Under the pieces are notes generated by a model, which was not told the DNA's origin, ran no database searches, and saw only the letters and a program-made list of their open reading frames with translations. A stretch of 63,956 nucleotides of DNA, the filler included, from Collodictyon triciliatum (lineage: Eukaryota): NCBI GenBank assembly GCA_043381765.1. It is 26 parts of 26 records of this genome, joined end to end, with 100 filler letters (N's around TTAATTAATTAA, not from the genome) between each part and the next. Parts side by side here need not be neighbours in the genome. Positions count along the whole stretch, not along the records: positions 1 to 2,409 come from JBHJMP010008947.1; positions 2,510 to 4,918 come from JBHJMP010008948.1; positions 5,019 to 7,427 come from JBHJMP010008949.1; positions 7,528 to 9,935 come from JBHJMP010008950.1; positions 10,036 to 12,441 come from JBHJMP010008951.1; 21 more parts are not named here. One strand, written 5' to 3'. The translations under genes were made by a program, and so were the position numbers. The first letter of the stretch is position 1. Each line of letters starts with the position of its first letter. This document shows positions 1 through 10,999 of this stretch, piece after piece.

Positions 1-5
1 TTTTT

Positions 6-60
<55 letters not shown>

Positions 61-63
<3 letters not shown>

Positions 64-2407
64 AACGCAGTTTCCTTGTCTGAAGAAAAAGGAATAGCCA
101 ACGTCGAATATGTGTCCCTCTCGATGAAGGTTCTCTTTGTTTCTCGCATCGGCCTGAGTGAAGGTGATTTGGACAAGTATATGAAGGATGCGATTGGCAC
201 AGGATTCGAGCTTGCTGAATGGTTTGCGCACCTTTTTTTTAAAAAAAAAAAAAGAAAGAAAATAATCAATATCGCCTGCTTTTTGTTCGTGTTTTAATAT
301 ATTTTGTATATCAAATAGGAAGTCATTCTTCTTTACCCTCATCGAGTCGCTATTCGTCCGTAATGGAAGGTTAGCCCTATTTATCAATATTTTTTCCCTT
401 TATTCGATTCAGAGGTTTATTCGATATTTTAATACTTAAATCGGTATTTTGGCTACAGTTATACTTGATAAAAACTTAATAACTGTTTATAATAGATACA
501 TGTACTTCCACCAGCTGCTGTTGGAGACTGCCGAAAAGGTTTACTTCCCTGAAAAGAAAGAGATGGAAAAAACGCATGAAAAATACGGAAAATGGCTGTT
601 CGGCCAATATTCTGAGGCTGTTGATGTGGATGAGGAGCTTGCTGCTGAGATATGCTACCAGCTTCTGAAGGGAAATTCGTTCGACTTGCTTGTCGAATAT
701 ATGAAGCAAAAACATGTACTTTATTTATATCTGGAATTTATTTTATTATTTTTTCAAATATTTTAATCATAATAAGACGGTATCGCTTATACATCAAAAA
801 TTATCATTATAGGTTATTAGCATCATGCTAGGTGGTCGCTATCGCTACGAGTTCTTTACGTGCTGGAGAGCAATCAACAAAAATGGAGCGGCAAACTACA
901 AAGATGTCTATGGAACTCTGGCTAAGGTAATTTATTATATTTTCTTCTGGGTGTATATGTGTTGCCACTCAAAAAACATACATAAATATGTATCATGATT
1001 TAAATTTAATCTCTTTTTTTCAGTCTTTGGATAATGTGGGGGACCTGCTTGTTGAGTTTTTCTTGGAGTCTTTCGAGAACTCGTTTTTGTTGTCTGTTCT
1101 TAATGTGCGTCTCGGAAAGCATCAATCAGAAGGTATTCAATTCAGCTTTTTTTTTAATCATTTTTATTATGAAAAGGAATTTTTGCGTAGATATAAATAT
1201 ATATTCAATTATGTCAATTTTAGATTCAAAGGCGGCTGATTACCTGAATCTTGGTCGTGTCTACAAGAATCTCCAAAGGTAAAAATACAAGACAACTGTA
1301 TTACAAAAACATCATTATACATCGAATGGAAGCCTTTTCTAAAAAAAAAATAAAATCGAAAAGCTGGGCTGAATCCACAGTCTACTACAAGAAATGTCTC
1401 GATTCGGTTGGGAAAAATGAAGATAATTCCCTGCGTATCGCCACCATTCACGAAGAGATGGGGATTATCTACCAGCAACAGGATAAGTAAGGCTCATCAA
1501 CCACTGTAAAAATATTAGAAATGTTTCAAAAAATGTTCTAATTTTTTCCTTCAATAGAATTGATGAGGCCCTCGATGAATACAAGAAATCACTGGACTTG
1601 AGAGTCAAAGAACTTGGAGAGAACGACTTGCAAGTGGCTCAATCGTACGACCGTTTCGGAGACATCTATGTGAAGCAATCGAGGTAATAATTTAATGTTT
1701 ATCTATTTCTTCATCTTATTTTATGGTTACTTTATGTATGTGTGCTGAACAAAGTTATTATAGGAATGAGCAAGCTCTGGCTGAATACACTAAGGCCATG
1801 GAAATCCGCCAAAAGAAAGTAGGAAACGAGCATCCGCTTGTCGCAACATCGTATCAGAACTATGGCCATGTCTCTCTGGCTGGGAAAAAGTAGTATATTT
1901 ATTCGATTTAAGCTTAATCAAACAAGATTATCATTTATTTTGTGAAAGATTAATCTGATTGAATTGCTAAGGTATGACAAGTCTATCGAAGATTACAACA
2001 CGGCTAAATCAATTCTTGAAAAATCATTGGGAGTGAAGCACGCATATGTTGCCTCAACAATCCAGTTTATTGCAAACGTTCATTTCGCTGGCGGAAAGTT
2101 CGAATTCATCATTTTTAGATTATTTCATACACTTATAGTTTATTCTTCCTCTCAGGTTTTTCAAGATGGATGCTTTGGATTTGGTTTCATATCTTTCTTG
2201 TTTTGGCTCTTCTTTGAGGACGATATTTTTCATAATATAATTAATTATCATAAAACTCTATAAATTTTTTTTTTTTTTTAGGAAAACTGAGGCCTTATCC
2301 TCATTAAAGCAATCGCTAAATATTTTCGTATCTGCCCTGGGTGAAAATCATCCGAATGTTGTGACCTGCTATGAGATGATTGGAGACATCAGCCATGATT
2401 TGAAAGA
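61..2407 (+). CDS. Multi-exon STAND/NACHT (NPHP3/NWD-like) protein fragment: winged-helix/HD2 region followed by TPR repeats; partial at both ends
   Basis: Spliced translation gives LFVSRIGLSEGDL...ESLFVRNG.YMYFHQLLLETAEKVY...H..YGKWL...EICYQL, resembling the post-NTPase region of NPHP3/TEP1/NWD proteins. It is followed by 42-aa TPRs (EALDEYKKSLDLRVKELGENDLQVAQSY; LGENHPNVVTCYEMIG). GT-AG exons at 1364-1486, 1558-1683, 1764-1889, 1972-2097 and 2282-2407. Confidence 0.8.
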
Positions 2408-2409
2408 GT

Positions 2410-2509
2410 NNNNNNNNNNNNNNNNNNNNNNNNNNNNNNNNNNNNNNNNNNNNTTAATTAATTAANNNNNNNNNNNNNNNNNNNNNNNNNNNNNNNNNNN
2501 NNNNNNNNN
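2410..2509. other. Artificial contig linker N44-TTAATTAATTAA-N44 (first of 25)
   Basis: The same 100-nt spacer, with stops in all six frames, recurs about every 2.5 kb through 62597. Confidence 0.99.
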
Positions 2510-2969
2510 TTGTTTTTTTGTTTTTTTGTTTTTTTGTTTTTTTGTTTTTTTGTTTTTTTGTTTTTTGTTTTTTGTTTTTTGAGCCAAGCCTCTAACGACG
2601 AATAGAAGTCTTGAAGAGAAGTCTTCTAAAGACGAGGCAAGGGATTCCATGTCGGCATGTTTCCCTGGGCTTTGCCTCGGTGTTGGTGGAGGAATGATTC
2701 CGTTCGTGATCGTCGGCTTCCACAACTCCAGCTTTGACGGCAGGTTTTTAAAATAGGAAATTCTTGTGTGCAATTCTGGAAAGAGCTTGAGGGTGGAAGC
2801 AAATTCTTGCTTGTATCTCGGTTGTTCATTTTCTCCAGCTTCATTCACCCTTTTACCCACAAGGTGCTCTACTTACCTTTTCTTATCATTTCTCTGTTTG
2901 TTGCTGTTGTTATTGTTGTTCATATATGTTTATCATAGCTAGATTTACTTGGGTTTTATTGTTATCCTT

Positions 2970-4706
2970 TCATCGCGACTTGAAGGCATTCTTGAAATCT
3001 CTAGCTTTGTAAGTCCACAAGACCATGAGAATAAAGTAAAAGGCAATCGGGAGAGCAAAGAGGTAGCGCGTTCCGGCGTAGGAGTAGAGTGCGCTGCCAA
3101 TCAAAGGCGAGAAGGTGAGTGCAAAAGCCATGATAAAAGTAAGTCGAGCCATATGGGCCCCTTGCGTGGCAGGGTTTCTGTGCAGTCTGGAGTAGTGGAG
3201 GGGGACATGCACCGTCAAGACCACATACCCCGCAAACAACAAGCACAACGCAGGGATGTATCTCTCGGGCACCAACTCAGAATGATCTTCAGGGGGCGCT
3301 GAACCGTCCGGGTCCAGTAACAAGCATGCCCCACAGAACGATAGGAAGAGGCCGGTAAGAATCGATTTCCATGCCAACGTCCCCAGGTCCAATCTTTTGC
3401 CACTCGGGGTAATCTGGCTGATGCTCTGCGTCATCTTCCTCGTGACGCTGCCGACCAAACGGAACCCAAGGCCGCACCATATCGCTATTCCCGAGAACAG
3501 CAAACTGATGGGGATTTCGCCCCATTCAAACACATCTGCCGATAAAGGTGTGATGCTGACACGTATGAGCCCAACAAGCCCCCAATTGAGTCCATGCACG
3601 AGATAAAGCAGCTTCTTGGCTGCTTCCATATCGACAGTAGGTTGGTTCCTCTCCTTTGCATCGGCCGTAGTCTTATTGACGCTCTCAGCAGCCGCATCCT
3701 GTGTCGACTGGTTGATACCGACGGGAGATGCCTGCCCAGCCGTATTTGCCGCATAGGCCCGAGCTGTCTGTGCGAGCTGAGTTAGAGACGCAGTTGCCGA
3801 AGGGAATGCACGTAGAAGCATCAGAGTGCTAATGCCGTTCAGGACTGTGCAGGCCCAGGCCGGAGCTGTGTACGAGTCCAGCGCCATGACAAAAGGAATG
3901 GGCACGGGGCCAGGCAGAGGCGTGGTCTTTGTGCGCAAGTCGGGGAGGCCCAGGACGAGGGCGATGAGCGGGCCGACCAAGAATCCAAACGACTGGCTTG
4001 CCTGGTAGATTCCCAGTGCCTCGGAGCGCTGCGGCAGCGGAACAACACCCGAGATGTAGCCGTAGCCGCAGGCCATGTTTCCACTGGCTATGCCGGACAG
4101 GATGCGGGCGAGCACGAGGCCAGCCGGGTGGGCCACAACCGCGTAGATTGCGTTGCTGAAGGCGTCCAGAAACTGGGTTGCCACCAAGAGGCCTCGTAGC
4201 CCGCGCTTGTCTGCTGCGCGTCCAAGGTAGATGCCTGCGACTCCTTGCGCCCCGGCGTAGCCTGCAAGTGCGCAGCCGGTAAGAACCGCGCCTGTGGAGC
4301 CTTCTGCCCCCAGTTCTTCCATGTAGAGATACAGCGACGAGATGAATGCGCTGTTTGCAAAGGCGCTCAGGAACTGGATGAAACAGAGTTGGTAGAAGTC
4401 GTATGTGCTGTACGGATTCTCTGCGCGGTCTGTCTGCGGGTTTGTCTGGTATCCGCCGTGCCCGAGACGGGGGCTTGAGGCTTGGATGTGCTGAGGTTGT
4501 GTTTGCGGCTGTGATTGTAACTGTGACTGTGCCCTTGATTGTGCTGTGGGTGCTGGGCGCGGCTGCGGTTGGAAAGGAGACTGTGGATCGTATGCGCTGA
4601 ATGCGCGATTGCCTTCGTCGGGCTCTCGGGATGACTGAAGGAGTGGAAGGCGAACGGACTCTTCATCCTGGCTGCTGGAATGGGCTGCTTTGTCGGTGCC
4701 GCTCAT
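2970..4706 (-). CDS. Major facilitator superfamily transporter (MFSD8/TCR-like), intronless
   Basis: 578-aa ORF with about 12 hydrophobic segments, motif A-like GRAADKRGLR and motif B-like ARILSG. Confidence 0.9.
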   Translation of the reverse strand: MSGTDKAAHSSSQDEESVRLPLLQSSREPDEGNRAFSAYDPQSPFQPQPRPAPTAQSRAQSQLQSQPQTQPQHIQASSPRLGHGGYQTNPQTDRAENPYSTYDFYQLCFIQFLSAFANSAFISSLYLYMEELGAEGSTGAVLTGCALAGYAGAQGVAGIYLGRAADKRGLRGLLVATQFLDAFSNAIYAVVAHPAGLVLARILSGIASGNMACGYGYISGVVPLPQRSEALGIYQASQSFGFLVGPLIALVLGLPDLRTKTTPLPGPVPIPFVMALDSYTAPAWACTVLNGISTLMLLRAFPSATASLTQLAQTARAYAANTAGQASPVGINQSTQDAAAESVNKTTADAKERNQPTVDMEAAKKLLYLVHGLNWGLVGLIRVSITPLSADVFEWGEIPISLLFSGIAIWCGLGFRLVGSVTRKMTQSISQITPSGKRLDLGTLAWKSILTGLFLSFCGACLLLDPDGSAPPEDHSELVPERYIPALCLLFAGYVVLTVHVPLHYSRLHRNPATQGAHMARLTFIMAFALTFSPLIGSALYSYAGTRYLFALPIAFYFILMVLWTYKARDFKNAFKSR

Positions 4707-4836
4707 GGCAAGATTGTGCCTGGCTTGCTTGCTTGTGGCGATTCACTGCGAATCAGTTCTCTATTTCTTGTTTGTTGTTTTTTGGTTTTTGGTTTTTGGT
4801 TTTTGGTTTTTGGTTTTTGTTTTTTGTTTTTTTTTT

Positions 4837-4918
<82 letters not shown>

Positions 4919-5922
4919 NNNNNNNNNNNNNNNNNNNNNNNNNNNNNNNNNNNNNNNNNNNNTTAATTAATTAANNNNNNNNNNNNNNNNNNNNNNNNNN
5001 NNNNNNNNNNNNNNNNNNTTGTCTTTTTGTCTTTTTGTCTTTTTGTCTTTTTGTCTTTTTGTCTTTTTGTCTTTTTGTCTTTTTGTCTTTTTGTCTTTTT
5101 GTCTTTTTGTCTTTTTTTCTTTTTTTCTTTTTTTTTCTTTTGATTTTTAGTCATAATTTGTTTTCTCTTTTCTTTCATTTTTTTTTTCTAAAATTGCTTT
5201 TTTTTTTTTTTTTTTTTTTTGTGATGGGTCAAACGCCATCATAAATTATTTTCAAGCATGCCTTTTTCCTTGTCAAAATTCATCGTTATGTTTCAGCTGC
5301 TCATATGCTCCTCTTCTGTGATCTAACCGCGCCACAGGATTCGAATGTGTCTTTATCAGAAATGTATTTTTACTTTAGAAAATAAATTCTTGACATATTG
5401 TAAGTTCAAGAATTGGGTGTCCTGTTTAACTATTAGACTAGAGAACTTCACATTTTATGTTTTTTTAACACCACATTTTAATATTACGGAAGTTACAGTA
5501 GAACAAGAAGAAAATTACTTGAAAAGCTGCGAGCATCTTTGACCTTTTATCTCCCCTTTGACTCAAACAACACAAGGGTTTTTCTTTTCTTGTCTGCTCA
5601 GAGCAACATGGATTGTCTTTGCTTACAGAATCTGGATATTCACACAATAAAATATCCAAAGAGCAAAATAATAATAGTAATAACAATAATTTTTAATGAA
5701 TAACGAAAAGCCTATTCAATAACCAACCAAGCAGCCAAACAATCAAAAGGCGTTGATTAAAAAAAAAATTTTTTTGGCTTCTCCATTCATCATCTCATCA
5801 CAGTGTTTTTGGGCGTGGCTGTTTTTTTTCTTCATTTCATAAATAATTCATCATAAAAATAAAGCCACAGCATGAACTCGCCTGTAAAGCGCGAGGCTTG
5901 ACCACCATTTCTCAGTAGCCAT

Positions 5923-7304
5923 TTATTCATTCGATAATTGAATCCCATACGATGTGTTTTTGTCTCCGGTCGGATTCGTCGATGCATGAAAGCTAAGTGA
6001 TGAAAAGGGCAATGCGAAGCCAGATAAAGACTCTGGAAGCAACATACGAACACCAGAAGTGAACCCAGTGTCAGAGTCTGTGGCCCACCAAAGAGTCCAT
6101 TTGCTCGAGGGTTTCCATTTAATCCCAGCCGCCAACCCGCTCTCAAAGGAATAAAGGTGCATGCGGTAGTGACAGGCCACGGAGACCTTATCGTCTCGGC
6201 TTAAGCGCTGAAAGTAAGATGCGGCGATATCACCAAACGCACCAAAAGTCATAGCAAATACCTTTTCCGGGCCTCGTGCGTGTTCGTCCTTGGCTGCTGG
6301 AGACTGAACACGAAGCCCAGCGGACACTAAGTCGGTGATATCATCAGAATATACTTTAGAGAATAACCTAGAACATAATGCGAGGTGGTCACATATAAAA
6401 TAATACAAAACAAATGCAAACAAACAAAAAAAAAAACAATAAATTAATAAATAAACAATTTGTCTCAATATTTACAAATTAAGCGAAAATATATAAAAAA
6501 AAATACCAGCAGCAAGCTTTTCAGCGAACGAGAAGCCTAGCTCACACCCAAGAGTGACAAAAGTATTTGGACGGATGGAGAGATTAGTGGTAATGAATTG
6601 CTTCTGCGTACAGACACTTGTTTGGGATGTAAGGCGCTCATGCTCGTAATGAGTATTTACGATAATCTATTTAAGGGGTGACGAGAAAAAAAATATGTAA
6701 ATGAATTATGCAAATTTCTGTACCTTTGATGCGTTAGGGATATACCATGAAAATACACTATGCAATCGATTATCTTGCCATTATTTTTTTTTTTTTTTTA
6801 CTAATACATGCAACAAAAAAATGTTGTCATGCGATGATTTGGTACATCTCCAAAAAAAATAATTTTACCGCTCCGTTCTGGACGTTTCTCGGGGCCATGA
6901 GGACAACTTGCATCCCAAGCCTCTCGCTGGTAGCCCAGCTGCAGTCGAGAAAGCAGGTTTCCTGAACAGAATCACACGCAATCTGAAGACCGTACGAGTG
7001 AGGAACTTCTCCGAGAGACATATTCCGTGATTCGGTGCTGATGTCATCTTGGATTTTTGTTCGGGCTCTATGAGTGGGGTGCATATTCAATCCCAGCATA
7101 TACGTGAGCCTCCTCAGCATCCATGGCGTAGTGTTTGGCCTCGAGTGAATGCCAGAAAGCCCAAGTGTGTGCTTCAATCGGAAAGGTGCGAGTGACTGGG
7201 ACTCACGGTTCCATACACATTCAACTCCGTGGACAGCTCTTGGTCGCAGATGGGCTATGGTAGAGTGGGTTTCATGAACAGGTATCCCGTGTAAATGCCT
7301 TATC
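5923..7304 (-). CDS. Mitochondrial outer-membrane beta-barrel of the Tom40/Mdm10 family, multi-exon, 5' partial
   Basis: N-terminal ETHSTIAHLRPRAVHGVECVWNRESQSLAPFRLKHTLGLSG resembles the Tom40 helix plus first strands. Alternating beta-strand pattern. C-terminal FGDIAASYFQR...HYRMHLYSFESGLAAGIKW and final YGIQLSNE beta-signal-like strand. Confidence 0.65.
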
Positions 7305-7798
7305 TGACAACGACATGGATACGATATAATATAATATAATATAATATAATATAATATAATATAATATAATATAATATAATATAATATAATATAATATAAT
7401 ATAATATAATATAATATAATATAATATNNNNNNNNNNNNNNNNNNNNNNNNNNNNNNNNNNNNNNNNNNNNTTAATTAATTAANNNNNNNNNNNNNNNNN
7501 NNNNNNNNNNNNNNNNNNNNNNNNNNNAAAATGGGAATCCACCAAAACATCATCGCAAATGAAATACCTTGCACACGACAAATAACCATAAACAAATTAC
7601 TTCTTAAACTTCCAGAATATTCTTCTGGTATAATTGCGAATAATTGTAAGATTCTACCAACCACAACATAACCAAATATAAATAAAAATCCCTGTGTTTT
7701 TGTTTTACTTTTCAATCCCTTGCTCAACCGCACCACCTATTGTTGTTATATATCATAGTCTTTATTTAAATGACATTCTCGTTGAAGAATATAATAAC

Positions 7799-8170
7799 TG
7801 TCTGACATATACAGGTAATAAAACTCCTTGGAATCATTTTTAAGGTAACTGATTTGTGAGTACTTTTATCAACCCGACAATTTTATCCGCCCTTCTGTCA
7901 GTCTCGAACACTGTGTGAAACCGTGTTGGAGTTTTTTTATTCATGACAGAATAAGATGTTGGCACCCGTGCCTACAATCTTAAAACCATGTTTCATTAAA
8001 CCCACTTCAGGAAGAAAAGTCTGTGTGTAAAAACACTTTGCTATCTTTCTATTTCACCAACCAGTTTATCTTTTCTTACATTCCTATTCATATCTTTCTA
8101 TCTATCTTTTATTTTTATAAACGAAAAATCCAACTACATAAAGTTCAAGTTTTCCGCTGTCTCATCCGTA
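7799..8170. repeat. Dispersed repeat homologous to 40313-40580
   Basis: Collinear conserved blocks, e.g. acccgacaa.tttatccg..cttctgtcagtctcgaacac, agtctg.gtgt....acacttt and gttttcc.ctgtctc.tcc. Confidence 0.8.
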
Positions 8171-10037
8171 TATCGTTTTTGTCCTAGAGGCGCAGGCAGT
8201 AGCTCGACTTTGTTTTCTATTAGTAAATAGTTGAAATGAAACCAAGGAAAATAAAAAACTGCTACGTTAAATCAATTAAAAGCAACATAACTCATATGTA
8301 AAAAACCATCGTCATCTAAATTTTTGTATCTATTATAAAAGATGTTTGGCAAATAATAAAAAAACCTTCAAAGCTTCACCACAAGCTTATCGATTTGCTT
8401 GCACATTTGTAAGGATTATATTGAAAACACTTGCTATTTTTCGCTGGAATACCTCAAAAAATTGCGTTTCTAAAGGAGCAGAGAGCAATTACTGATGTTC
8501 GCAATATTGCCACCTTGCTTGAGTGTGGATTTCTGTTTCTTAAAAACAAAGAATCTGAAACTGTTCCTTTCAATGCTTTTCTTATTCGAATATTTGTTTT
8601 GATAAAACTATTCTTTAAATTATTCATGTTTGATACCACCATAAATACTTTTCGTGACCGGGTTTACTTCTCTTGGTGTTTATGCAAATCCAGTAAGTTT
8701 AAGTCAGTTTGAATTATTCATAATATTTATTATTATTTATGCATATATAATTTTACATATTTTTTTGTTAGTTTTCGTTTCAATAGCTAACAAGTATGCG
8801 AACAGATGGAGGAACCGCATGTGCGAATCGCATCACTCACAAATGTGCCAGTGATGTGGATAAATAGAGACCTCACAAACAGAATAAGGACAGTGTCATG
8901 CGAAATTCCTTAACATTCTCTACTGCAACAACAGGTAGAAATATCGCCTATGCTTACACGCTCTGAAGCTTTATGAACACGTTTGCTAGAAATCATTAAA
9001 TACATATATATAAAAACAACTTAATATTTTACAAAAAATATTACATTACAATAGTTGGACAACACTGCCGGTGCCTTACACGCTCGAAGAAAGTAGTAAA
9101 GTTGAACAGGCCACGAAAAGCCTGCATCTTGAAGATATTACAATAACATACATTTCATAAGAAAAATATAATAAAATTATCATATTGAGAGCAAGTGACA
9201 CACGCGCAAGAGTTGAATACTGTCCACACAGGTTGTGTAAATTATGATTTTGTATATATACTTTGATAATAAAAATAGCAAAATCTTCCAGGAACACAAT
9301 ATATGCAAACACAATCAACATACCTTACAATATTTTTGCATATGACGGAATGCATGCTTTTCGCCCATGAAACACAGAACAGTGTACTGCAAATAATAAT
9401 ACTTTTAATAATTTTATATCCTTCGTTCAATTCAAAAAAAGGGGTTTTTTTTGCATTTTTCTACAGTCCGCTGTTGTTGTATGCATCTTGTTTGAACGCA
9501 AAGAACGCGTCAAATTTGGGTCAAGGTCATCTTGGTACGGAAGCTGGATTCTTGCTTCATCACTATGCATCCGAGAGGGTTGAGAAATATTACAACTCTA
9601 AACAACCGCAACTACCAAGGGCCCTGACATGGATTCGATCTGAGGCCAAACTTTCCCCCGAAGCATCATATTGTCTTATTTATTGATTCAAGATATATCG
9701 TAGCACACTGGAGATAATCTGAAGCGCAGATATTTCAATGATGTGTCAATTTTTTTTGGGTGAAAGATAAATGCATATATTTTCCTAACCAAGTGAATTA
9801 CGTTCCTGTTTGAAACTGCGAATGCTATTTTTTCAGACTATTTCATGAGCATGCATAGAGCTCTATCGGTGATGCAAGTTAAGTGCTATCACAGACTAGC
9901 TCGTCTTTTGGCTTTTCGAGTGGGTCAAAGCCACANNNNNNNNNNNNNNNNNNNNNNNNNNNNNNNNNNNNNNNNNNNNTTAATTAATTAANNNNNNNNN
10001 NNNNNNNNNNNNNNNNNNNNNNNNNNNNNNNNNNNCG

Positions 10038-10121
10038 TTCCCCAACTTCCACTACGGATACGGCCGCATCAACGCGCTCAAGGCCGTCCAGGTGGCCACG
10101 TCGCTTGCCCAGGACAACTAA
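10038..10121 (+). CDS. C-terminus of a subtilisin-like (S8) serine peptidase, 5' partial
   Basis: FPNFHYGYGRINALKAVQVATSLAQDN*; the YGYGRINA..AV motif typically ends S8 catalytic domains. Confidence 0.7.
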   Translation, partial: FPNFHYGYGRINALKAVQVATSLAQDN

Positions 10122-10999
10122 GCAGGCTCTCTCCATAGAATAAACGAAGTACCGAGTCAGTTTCACGTGTATTCGAGGTGACGTAATTTATGGGTCTTCA
10201 TCTTATATTCTGCAATCCATGGTAAGGAAGCCTTTCAACCAGGATCTCAAAACCACCAACCTCCTCTGGGTCATTAGAGACCCTTGTAATCGGATAGGAA
10301 CAGTCGTATATGATGAGATGGAGTAAGAAAACTCTGAAGAAATTAATCCGTACTTTTAACAAAAAAGCAAAAGGTGATACTCAACTCTTCACTTTACTTT
10401 TGCAACCTGAAGTTCTTTTTCGTTCTCGTATCCTGATATTCCTATTCTCAATCCTATCTTATCATCGGATTTTAATCATATGATCTTCCTTGGGTTAGCA
10501 ATATGTGCAAAATAGGAAAGAGTGGTCACTTTTGAACAATGAAATTGTGTTGAATTTTTTTAACCAGTCCAATTGGTGAAGATGTGCCCCAAACCCAACA
10601 AAAAAAAAGTAAATGAGATGCTAAATTAACAATGCCATGAAAGTGAGAAATTGGATTATCTAATTTTCCATTCATAATAGCGCTTTCTGAGACTTTCGGA
10701 TTAAATTCCATAATTGGAAAAAGATCGATCACTTTTGTAATGTTCTTCCGTTTGTTTTTAAATATCTTGACTATTTGCACATGTCAACAATGTTTCACAC
10801 AACCATCAAACAAGTTATTGTATGTAGGTGGAAATATGCAGGGATGACATATGAGGAAATACCAATGAGAAAAAGAAAAAGAAGAAAAAGAAGAAAAAGA
10901 AGAAAAAGAAGAAAAAGAAGAAAAAGAAGAAAAAGAATCAGAGAAAGGGAAAGATAGGCCCTTGAGGCTCGATGGGAGGCGTATGATAGAATCCCATGG

